Assembly (NCBI GenBank): GCA_964016885.1 | Contig: OZ024743.1 | Location: forward strand, 184,822,001 to 184,886,000 | Source: Eledone cirrhosa | Lineage: Eukaryota | DNA: 64,000 bases | Direction: 5' to 3' | In this document: piece by piece, positions 12,683 to 24,271 of the stretch | How positions within the stretch are numbered: the stretch's first letter is position 1 | Layout of the letters: each line of letters opens with the position of its first letter | Notes under the pieces: generated by a model | The model's database searches: none | Told to the model about the DNA's origin: nothing | Seen by the model: only the letters and a program-made list of their open reading frames with translations | Position numbers and translations under genes: made by a program

Positions 12683-12782
12683 CAGATATATATATATATA
12701 TATATAGATATACATATATACATATATAGATATACATATATACATATATAGATATACATATATATATATATATATACATATA

Positions 12783-14542
12783 TACAAAGGTAAAGGCGAT
12801 GCACTAGATAGAGGAAACTATAGAGGTATAAAGTTGATGGACCAGGTCATGAAAGTAACAGAAAGAGTTATAGCACAGTTGATTAGGGACCGGGTGAAAA
12901 TAGACGAGATGCAATTTGGGTTTGTACCAGGAAGAGGCACCACTGATGCCCTCTTCCTTGTGAGGCAGTTACAGGAAAAGTACCTAGCTAAAAGTAAGCC
13001 GCTCTACTTGGCATTTGTCGACCTTGAGAAAGCCTTTGACAGAGTTCCACGTGCTGTAATCTGGTGGGCTCTTAGAAAATTAGGAGTAGATAAATGGTTT
13101 GTGAAAGCTGTACAAGCCATGTATAGGGGAGCAGTCAGAAAAGTTAGGATTAGCAATGAGTATAGCGAGGAATTTAGCGTACAGGTTGGGGTGCACCAGG
13201 GCTCTGTTCTTAGCCCCCTCCTGTTCATCATAGTCCTGCAGGCAATAACGGAAGAGTTTAAGACCGGATGCCCATGGGAACTCCTGTATGCTGATGACCT
13301 CGCACTCACAGCTGAATCTATGGTAGAACTAGAGAATAAATTCCAAACTTGGAAGCAGGGACTAGAAAGAAAAGGTCTCAAAGTCAACATGACAAAGACT
13401 AAGGTCCTTGTAAGTAGACGAGAAAACAGAACCCAGATCCCCTCAGGGAAATGGCCTTGCTCAGTATGTAGGAAAGGTGTAGGTAGGAACTCCATTCTCT
13501 GCCTCAAATGCAAACAATGGGTACACAAGAGATGTAGCGGGATCTCAGGAAGCTTAATTAAGAATGTAGGCTTCACATGCAGCAGCTGTGCTGAGACAGC
13601 AAGCAGCAAACAGCCACAGGAAACAAGTACCACCAATCTCTGGGAGGGCTCTGTAGAAACAGTAGACAGCTTCTGCTACCTAGGTGACCGAATTAGCAGC
13701 GGAGGTGGGTGTTCAGAAAGTACAATAACTAGGGTAAGAACGGGATGGAAGAAGTTTAGGGAACTACTACCACTGCTAGCTGCAAAAGGCTTCTCACTCA
13801 GAATGAAAGGCAGACTGTATGATGCGTGTATCTGAACAGCAATGTTGCATGGTAGTGAGACCTGGGCGCTGAAGGTGGAAGACTTATGTAGATTAGTGAG
13901 AAACGAAGCCTGCATGCTCCGATGGATGTGCAACAGTAATATACGTGAACGACAAAGCATAAATGAATTGAGAGACTAAGCATAAGAGGAATCAAATGCT
14001 GTGTGCAGGAGAGGCGGTTGCGCTGGTATGGACATGTGATGCGTATGAAGGACGACAGCTGCATAAAAAGGGGCAGAGCACTAGAAGTCGATGGAAACCG
14101 CGGAGTGGGGAGACCCAAGATGACCTGGGATGAGGTGATAAAAGCCGACCGTACCCAATTACACCACTCAAAAGCAATGACACACGACCGTGACCTCTGG
14201 CGTCACGCAGTAATACAGAGTACCCGACCTCCACTGGGTACAAGCTGAAGCATATAGACAATATGCCCCCCCCCACCGCAGGGTGGTCGTGGAGGTGCCA
14301 CAGCAAAAAAGCACCCAGCCCACACTGTAAAGTGGACGTGTAGGCGCCACGAGAAAGCACCCAGCACTCACTGTAAATGAGGTTGGTGTTGGGAAGGGCA
14401 TCCAGCTGTAGAAATCAAGCCAAATCAGTTCCTGTATGAGCAAGGCATGGTCAGCCAACCAGACACTGCCCACAACAGGACAACCCGTCTAACCCATGCT
14501 AGCGTGGAAGAACGGACGTAAAACGGTGATGATGATGATGAT
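12783..14542 (+). mobile_element. 5'-truncated RTE LINE (subfamily B): RT and PHD, long 3' UTR
   Basis: ORF 12834-13835 has QFGF, DLEKAFD, HQGSVLSP, LYADD and PHD. Premature TGA at 13833 (CGA in paralogs). The C-terminus continues in ORF 14003-14248. (GAT)n tail; both ends lie in TA tracts. Confidence 0.93.
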
Positions 14543-15970
<1,428 letters not shown>

Positions 15971-16191
15971 GCAGTTGAGCAGTTGAAGTATAAGGACGTG
16001 TTTTTACTTCTCTCCCCGAGTAAGCAGCAAGTCACACAGCCACAAAACAAAACCACAAGACAAAACCAAACAAACAAAAATTGACCGGTTAATACATTTT
16101 CATACATCTATATTATTATATATTTGAAAATTGACCGGTTAATACATTTTTCATACATCTATATTATTATATATTTGAAACCACGTGTTTT

Positions 16192-16280
16192 CGAACTTGT
16201 GAGTACATTTTCCTTTAACTACAAATTATTATTATATACTTTCGTCTTTTCATTAACTTAATTAATTTCAAATAACCAGA

Positions 16281-16324
<44 letters not shown>

Positions 16325-16691
16325 TCATATTTATATATATACGCTTCTCACTCACACACAAGAAAAACAAAAAACAAAAATAAATCAAAAATAAATTTAA
16401 AAAAAAAAATATATATATATTGAAATACTTAACTAAAACACACACACACGAACTTGTGAGTACATTTTCCTTTAACTACAAATTATTATTATATACTTTC
16501 GTCTTTTCATTAACTTAATTAATTTCAAATAACCAGAATATACATATATATATATATATATACTCATATTTATATATATACGCTTCTCACTCACACACAA
16601 GAAAAACAAAAAACAAAAATAAATCAAAAATAAATAAAAAAAAAAAAAAAATATATATATATTGAAATACTTAACTAAAACACACACACAC
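16192..16691 (+). repeat. Tandem duplication (about 257 + 243 bp) in LINE 5' UTR
   Basis: cgaacttgtgagtacattttcc... starts at 16192 and again at 16449; a separate ~50-bp duplication lies at 16079-16180. Confidence 0.9.
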
Positions 16692-16702
16692 TCAAAACTA
16701 GA

Positions 16703-17869
16703 ATGGCTAACCAGCAAAAATCCAAACAGAACTGGTCTGATAATGAAATCGACATTCTAATAAACACATGGCATTGCCTTTCCCAAACAGAAAATATAGA
16801 TGCTTCATCTCTGAACGACATTGCTAAACGTACAGTTCAATTTTTGAAAACTCGATCTGAACAACAGATTCAAAATAAATTAAAGCAAATCGAAATTGCT
16901 TTTAAATTAATCAATAAACATTTGGATAAACTACGGTGTGTTTTCTCTTCGAATGCTGTCCAGCAGCAGCAACAACAACAACAGCAGCTACAACAGCAAC
17001 AACAACAACAGCAACAACAACAACAACAGCTACAACAACAACAACAGCAACAACAACAACAACAACGACAACAACAGTGTGAACCACTCCTTGATTCATC
17101 AACAATGGCCGATCTACTAAATGAAACTATTGACCCCCCAGTGGCCTCTGTCTCACAGCATGAAACGCCACATCCTTTCTCTGGCCCAGCAGTCCAATCA
17201 TCACCACTGCCAACATCTCTGCCTACTACTACTACTACTACTACAACATTTTTGTCTACTGCTATGTCAAGGAATTTACCTTCTAATACCAGAACAAGAA
17301 CTCTCCCTCCCACAGTCCACAAAGGTCGTCAAATCCTACCCAAACCATCATCTACACCTCTCACAACACCCACACCCACATACCCACCCACTCGAAACCC
17401 CATCATTTGCCGCTACTCTCTACGCTATAGAATATGTACGGATAGTGGCTGCAAATTCACCCATTTACCTAGGACAAAACGATCTATCCCCACAAACAGC
17501 CACCACCATAATACATACTCTAATTTAACACCAACACAACCACCAATAACTCAAACAAGGAATCCACAAATCTGCCGTTTTTCCCTGCGAGACAGATTGT
17601 GTTTAGACCGGGATTGTCCCTTTACCCATCTCCCGGGGACCCGTCGGATAAATGAAAATAAAATTAAAAATAAAAGCAAAAACAAAAACCATAACCTACA
17701 TAAAAATAACCACTACCACAGTCACCAACAGTCTTCTAAACAGGAAACTTCTTCCTCTTTTTTAGCCATAATGAATCTGGCAAAAGAACTGGAAAAAAAC
17801 ATTCGAGCTATCACCCAGCACCACCCTCCACTATCACCCCACTGCACAAACTCCCATTGCTGCCATTAA
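16703..17869 (+). CDS. LINE ORF1p: N-terminal Myb/SANT(trihelix)-like domain, polyQ, Pro/Thr-rich linker, two CCCH zinc fingers
   Basis: NWSDNEIDILINTW...IAKR...RSEQQIQNKLKQI is Myb/SANT-like. CRYSLRYRICTDSGCKFTH and CRFSLRDRLCLDRDCPFTH are both C-x8-C-x4-C-x3-H. 388 aa, uninterrupted. Confidence 0.8.
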   Translation: MANQQKSKQNWSDNEIDILINTWHCLSQTENIDASSLNDIAKRTVQFLKTRSEQQIQNKLKQIEIAFKLINKHLDKLRCVFSSNAVQQQQQQQQQLQQQQQQQQQQQQQLQQQQQQQQQQQRQQQCEPLLDSSTMADLLNETIDPPVASVSQHETPHPFSGPAVQSSPLPTSLPTTTTTTTTFLSTAMSRNLPSNTRTRTLPPTVHKGRQILPKPSSTPLTTPTPTYPPTRNPIICRYSLRYRICTDSGCKFTHLPRTKRSIPTNSHHHNTYSNLTPTQPPITQTRNPQICRFSLRDRLCLDRDCPFTHLPGTRRINENKIKNKSKNKNHNLHKNNHYHSHQQSSKQETSSSFLAIMNLAKELEKNIRAITQHHPPLSPHCTNSHCCH

Positions 17870-20800
17870 CAAACAAACAAATTAACAACACACCAAAACA
17901 ATTAAAACCATCCACTCTCGCCTCTACATTTTTGCTTAACGCCCAAGGCATCAGCCCTTCCACCAATACTCAAAAATGGAAGATCAAATTCCTGGAGGAC
18001 TGGATTGATGTCCATCCAAACCACATCCCTTTCTTCGTCCTCACTGAAACCCATCTCAGTAACCTCCACTTGGAAGCCGAGGTGAAAGTGAAAAATTTCA
18101 AAGCCATCCGTGCTGATCGCGCTGGCAGAAGAAAGGGCGGAACTGCCATTTATGTCCATAATTCTTTCTCAACAGAGGCTATGAACATATTCACTAATGG
18201 ATACTGTGAGGCAGTCACTGTATTCAGTCAAACCAACAACCTATTAGTAGTTGGGCTCTATAGGCCACCCCAAACGCCTGTACCATGCTTCAAGGAATGC
18301 CTCAACAGCATAAAGTGTTTCATCCAAGAGTGTCACCCTGACAACATCTTGATGATGGGGGACTTCAACCTCCCCGGAGTTGACTGGTCCACAAACACCC
18401 TGCCACCAGGTTCTTCTGCCTCAACCTCTGACAGGGAAGCTGTGGAATCGCTTCTTGACTTCATGGATGATTTCTTCCTATCCCAACTAGTGCTCGAACC
18501 AACGAGGTGCCACAAAAACGTCCTAGACTTAATTTTCAGCAATCACACTGACAATATCCACAATATTGCAGTGGAGAAAACTCTACTCTCTGATCATGAC
18601 ATGGTTCTCTGTGATCTGAGTTTCCACCGTCCAATATACAAACCCAATGTCATTTCTCCTGTCCATCCGTTTGACGCTATGGATTTCCACAATACAAACT
18701 GGGAAGCGATCAGTCATGATCTTGCACATGTCGACTGGTCCTTCACGCACACTCATACACCCACTAACATCAAAAAGTCCTGGCAGACATTTGTGGACAC
18801 TGTTACAAACATATGTGCTAAACACACCCCATTAAGAACTATAAACAAATCTAAGAGCAGAATCCCTAGAAATAGAAAAACACTCATCAGAAAAATTAAG
18901 AGAACGAACAAAAAAATCAACAAGCTGAAATACTGTCAGCAGCAACACATCAACTTGACTGCCATTTCATCACTAGAGATTAAAAAACATAACCTCCAAA
19001 ACAACATAATGTCCCTCATCAACAATCAGAGAAGAGCTGAAGAGGCCTGGGCCATTGAGAAGATCAAACTCAATCCCAAAGTGTTCTTTTCATTTGCAAA
19101 AAAACACAAAATCACTGGCTCTACTGTTGGCCCTCTAATTGATGAAAATGGCACTCTTCAAGACAATGCTAAAACCATGGGTGAGATACTGCAGAAACAA
19201 TACTGCTCTGTTTTCAGCAATCCTGATATGGCCGATCTGGGCTGTATCGGCGATGTTACTCCCCATTACACCTTATCGGACATAACGTTTGGCGCCCCTG
19301 ATGTCTTGGCGGCAATAAAGGAAATCAAGCATAATTCAGCAGTAGGTCCCGATAGGTTCCCTGCTTGTGTCTTGAAGGCGTGTCAACACCAACTTGCTTC
19401 TCCTCTTGCCAATCTGTGGCGGAACTCACTGGATGCTGGATATGTGCCAGAAAACCTTCTATCCCAGTCTGTTGTCCCAGTTTTCAAAAAGGGAAACAAA
19501 TCCCTTGCCGTGAATTACCGTCCAATCTCACTCACCTCTCATATCATTAAGGTATTTGAGCGAGTGGTGAGATCGCGAATGACCCACTTCCTTGAGAGTA
19601 ACAATATGCTGAACTCCAACCAGCATGGATTCCGTAATGGAAGGGATTGCCTGACGCAACTACTGCATCACTTTGATGACATTTTGAGAGCCTTGGAGAG
19701 GGTTCCAACACTGATGTTATCTACCTTGATTTCAGCAAGGCCTTTGACAGGGTTGATCATAACATTCTACTGAGAAAGCTGTCCAATATTGGTGTCACTG
19801 GAAAGCTGCTGCAGTGGATCAAGAGCTTCCTGTCAAACAGAACCCAACATGTTGTAGTTGAGGGAGTCAAATCAAGCCCAGCCAAAGTCAGTAGTGGAGT
19901 CCCACAAGGCACTGTGTTGGGCCCACTTCTCTTCATCATCTATATTAATGACATCACTGACATCATCAAACACAGCAACATTAAAATTTTCGCTGATGAT
20001 TCCAAGCTCCAAAAGGTCATCAATGGCGTGGATGACCGGATAAGCCTTCAGTCAGACCTACTGGCTGTTACCCAATGGGCAGAAAAGAACAACATGTTAC
20101 TGAACGAAGATAAATTCGAACTGATCCACTTTGGAAAAGAGGATGCTCTGAAACTCCCGTACTCCCTTCCCTCCGGGGAAACTCTCGTGGCATCTAACAA
20201 CATCAGAGACTTGGGAGTAACCGTGGACAGCAACATAAGCTGGACCACGCATATAAGCAGCAAAGTTGACATGGCCCGCAGAATGTGTTCCTGGATCCTC
20301 AGAACCTTCCAGTCGAGAGATTCCCGCACCATTATCCTTCTCTTCTCTACTTTCGCCCGACCACACCTTGAATACTGTTGTCCACTGTGGTCTCCCCACA
20401 CGAAACAAAGTATCATGAAACTTGAAGCTCCTCAAAGGGCAATCACGAAAAAGATAGATGGCATGTCAGACCTTGACTACTGGGGTCGATTGGAAACCTG
20501 AAACTTTACTCACTCCAACGTCGCCGTGAGCGTTATATTATCTGCATGATGTGGAAAATGTTCCATCATCACTGCCCAAATGATGTTGGCATCGCCTTCA
20601 AGATACACCCAAGGCTTGGGCCCCGTGCTATCCGTCCCATTCAAAAATCTAAATCGCAACTCATAACAACAATACGGCACAATTATTTCACCTCAATCGG
20701 CCCTGCTCTCTTCAACATCACACCAGGACACGTCAAAACAGAAACTGACCACACAAAATTCAAGAAGTCTTTGGACAAATTCCTCCAAGTAATCCCGGAC

Positions 20801-20875
20801 AAACCACCCACACCCGGATATGTCTCCGCAAACAGTAATTCTCTTCTCGAATGGGCCATGGTGCCCAAATCCTGA
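17740..20875 (+). pseudogene. LINE ORF2p (APE endonuclease + RT) with two apparent 1-nt deletions
   Basis: APE motifs LNAQG, LTETHL, GLYRPP, MGDFN, LDLIF, SDH. The RT is split across frames near 19697 (ttggagagggttcc) and near 20497 (gaaacctgaaa). Frame open from 17740; stop at 20873-20875. Confidence 0.88.
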
Positions 20876-20989
20876 ATTGAAAGACTTCGCCAGGTGGTGC
20901 TATTAAGTTAGACATGGCCTGGGCCAATACTGGCCAAAACATTTCAAAGTTCAAAGTTCAAAGTATATATATATATATACATATATATA

Positions 20990-21034
<45 letters not shown>

Positions 21035-21035
21035 C

Positions 21036-21086
<51 letters not shown>

Positions 21087-21184
21087 CATATATATATACA
21101 TTATATTATATATATATACATATATATATACATATATATTATATATATATATATATATATACATATATATATACATATATATTA

Positions 21185-23498
21185 ATTTATTAAAATAACA
21201 GATTAAAGTTTAAGCAAAGAGTCGCTGCTAGCTATCAATTTCGCTAAAACACTCACAGTGGTTAAGGATTTTGAAGTTGATGTCATCCTTAATGCCCGAA
21301 AGTCGGTGATTAATTTCGACGACTCTATTTGGATTAAAAAATCCAATAGTACCCCATTCGACGTGAGTATGGGCGCCAGTGACTCTGCGGAGGTTACTGA
21401 TCTTATTGGCCTTTTCCTTCTTTTCTCTATCAAGGACGAATTCCCCAACGCGGGCGGTGGTTTGTACCGTGACGATGGTCTTTTGACCATGACTAAGTGC
21501 GGTCCTCGTGCTTGCGACAGGTTCAGAAAAGAACTCACAGCCTTCTTTAAAGGCTTCAACCTCTCTATACAGGTTGAGGCCAATCTCTCGGTCGTTAATT
21601 ACCTCGACGTTACCCTCAATTTATTGAATAGGTTGTATTACCCGTATAGAAAGCCGAATGATACGCTTAATTACATAAGTAAGCATTCCAACCATCCTGC
21701 CAGCATAACCAAGAACCTGGTAAGAAACGTTTCATTGAGGCTTTCCCGTCTTTCCACTAACGCGCGCATTTTCAACGACCATTCCACTTATTACAATGAA
21801 GCTCTTGCTCGAAGTGGATTCGTCGATAAGGTAGCATATACAGAGTACGAAAATAGACCTAGAAGAAATAGATCCCGTCGCATTTGTTGGTTTAACCCAC
21901 CATATAATATGGAGGTGGCCACGCCATTAGCTAAGATCTTTCTTTCCCTTATTACGAAGCATTTTCCCCCTACACATAAATATAGTAAAATTTTTAATAG
22001 AAATACTATTAAAATTTCTTACTCTACGACTCCTAACCTTGCACATAACATCACAGCTTCAAATTTAGCTAAACTACCTAGCCGTAGGAACACGTGCAAC
22101 CCTGTGGTTAGTACTAACTGTAATCGTAGGAATCGGGCTGATTGCCCCCTATCCGGGAAATGCCTCTCTAGTAACATTGTCTACAAATGTAAGGTTGTAA
22201 CACCCACGTCCCGTAGGGCCTACATAGGGTTAACCGCCAATAGTTTCAAGCAGCGTCTTTACATGCATACCCATTCTTTTCGTTACCCTCTAAGAAGGAA
22301 TATGACGTCACTTTCAGCTTATATCTGGAGTCTAAAAGACAACCACACCCAATATAAGTTACACTGGGAGATCCTAGCTAGGGCTAGATCGTATAACGGA
22401 AATAAAAGACCATGTGACATCTGCGCCGCTGAGGCCCTGGAAATACTCTACGCTACAGACCACATCTTAAACAAAAAATCTGAGGCAATTTCGGCTTTAA
22501 ACATAAATTGCACAAAACTTTCCTGTATTACAGCCCCACGTTATACCCTAACGGATAGCACGATCTATACGTGGATATTTTACGTCTTGATGTGGGAGAT
22601 AAATATATGTTTTGTTTATTCCTTTATGTATTTGCATAGGTAAGTATATATTACCCGTATGTTTTGTGAAGGTATGTATACCTTCTCGTACGTATATTTG
22701 ACTGTTATAGCGTATAATTTTTACATATTCTGGTATTTAGGGTTTGGCTATGTGTATACGGGAGTTTTGCGTCCGCGTGAGTGTGCAGGTTCGTACGTAT
22801 GGTGGGTGTGTGTATATGTGTACTTCTTGTTTTAGTTGACTTACGTCTCCGAACATTCGTGTATTTATATGTAGGTGTGCGTGTGCGCTTGTTATATACG
22901 TATTTATTTACTTATATACGTTTATATAATTATTTATTTATTTGTACACAAGCATACACACACACACATATTTATATGTGCGTGGTTTTGTATACCCATG
23001 GTAAGGTTTTGCGTATGCTTGTGTATGTACGTATCTGTTTGCGTGTATGTATTTATTTGTTTCTATTACTTCTGTATTGTATTTATTTACTTTGTTCTTA
23101 ACTCTGTAGCGGAGATTCATTTGGTCTCCTAGTTAGAATTTTAGTCTACGATTTCTGCTATACCATTTACGTGGTTTTGTCTTTGCGCGTAATTGTTTTT
23201 CACCGCTCCTATTAATGACGTATTATTCGTTTTTTCCCGTTCTCTGCCAGCGAACGTTTCCACGAACCAAAGCATCGTCTTCCTGTCTTCCTCCGGTTGC
23301 AACGTTTTTTGAATTATCCAGTTCTGCGTTTACAGATTGACTTTGTTCGTTTCAGAAGATCCTGTTAAGGGTGAAAGCAGCGATTCTTTGCTTAAACTTT
23401 AATCTGTTATTTTAATAAATATTTGCTCTACGGTTCTTATATATTTGATATATATTTTTCTTATCGAGCCCTCTTTGGATTTTAGTCTTCAATTTTAT
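21185..23498 (+). mobile_element. 5'-truncated Penelope-like element with inverted partial pLTR
   Basis: RT and GIY-YIG ORF, T-rich 3' pLTR, and a 45-bp inverted repeat at 21185-21229 / 23376-23420. Confidence 0.9.
21258..22643 (+). CDS. Penelope-like RT C-terminal half + GIY-YIG endonuclease (N-terminally truncated)
   Basis: FDVSMGA, GGLYRDDGL, VNYLDVTLNL, YRKPN, SNHP, WFNPPY, CPLSGKCL, IVYKC...AYIGLT..FKQRL, CDIC..E, LNKKSE. Confidence 0.88.
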   Translation: MVKDFEVDVILNARKSVINFDDSIWIKKSNSTPFDVSMGASDSAEVTDLIGLFLLFSIKDEFPNAGGGLYRDDGLLTMTKCGPRACDRFRKELTAFFKGFNLSIQVEANLSVVNYLDVTLNLLNRLYYPYRKPNDTLNYISKHSNHPASITKNLVRNVSLRLSRLSTNARIFNDHSTYYNEALARSGFVDKVAYTEYENRPRRNRSRRICWFNPPYNMEVATPLAKIFLSLITKHFPPTHKYSKIFNRNTIKISYSTTPNLAHNITASNLAKLPSRRNTCNPVVSTNCNRRNRADCPLSGKCLSSNIVYKCKVVTPTSRRAYIGLTANSFKQRLYMHTHSFRYPLRRNMTSLSAYIWSLKDNHTQYKLHWEILARARSYNGNKRPCDICAAEALEILYATDHILNKKSEAISALNINCTKLSCITAPRYTLTDSTIYTWIFYVLMWEINICFVYSFMYLHR

Positions 23499-24073
23499 TC
23501 ATCATCATCATCATCATCACCGTTTTACGTCCGTTCTTCCACGCTAGCATGGGTTAGACGGGTTGTCCTGTTGTGGGCAGTGTCTGGTCGGCTGACCATG
23601 CCTTGCTCATACAGGAACTGATCTGGCTTGATTTCTACAGCTGGATGCCCTTCCTAACACCAACCTCATTTACAGTGAGTGCTGGGTGCTTTTTCGTGGC
23701 GCCTACACGTCCACTTTACAGTGTGGGCTGGGTGCTTTTTTGCCGTGGCACCTCCACGACCACCTTGCGGTGGGGGGGGGGGGGGCATATCGTTTATATG
23801 CTTCAGCATGTACCCATGGGAGGTCGGGTACCCTGTATTACTGCGTGACGCCAGAAGTCACGGTCGTGTGTCATTGACTTTGAGAGGTGTAGTTGGGTAA
23901 GGTCGGCTTTTATCACCTCATCCCAAGTCATCTTGGGTCTCCCCACTCCGCGGTTTCCATCAACTTCTAGTGCTCTGCACCTTTTTATGCAGCTGTCATC
24001 CTTCATACGCATCACATGTCCATACCAGCGTAACCGCCTCTCCTGCACGCAGCATTTGATTCCTCTTATGCTC
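23499..24073 (-). mobile_element. RTE subfamily B 3' fragment
   Basis: ERRLRWYGHVMRM...GRPKMTW, 3' UTR and (GAT)n tail; reverse complement of 13978-14541. Confidence 0.92.
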
Positions 24074-24271
24074 ATATTATATATATATACATATATATAT
24101 ACATATATATTATATATATATATACATATATATTATATATATATATATATATACATATATATTATATATATATATATACATATATATTATATATATATAT
24201 ATACATATATATTATATATATATATACATATATATTATACATATATACATATATACATATATATTATATAT

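Larger units (their letters stand above)
15971..20963 (+). mobile_element. Near full-length CR1-group LINE (5' UTR, ORF1, ORF2 APE-RT, (TTCAAAG)n tail)
   Basis: Two-ORF layout. CR1/L2-type RT signatures NYRPISLTS, QHGFR, YLDFSKAFD, SGVPQG, FADD, RPHLEYC..LWSP and LYSLQRRRER. Tandem heptamer tail; flanked by TA tracts. Confidence 0.92.

Noticed and set aside
13004-13636. Long antisense ORFs over RTE RTs (also 11284-11670, 24339-24740, 62420-63361)
   Set aside because: Shadow ORFs of the coding strand, repeated only because the elements are paralogous.
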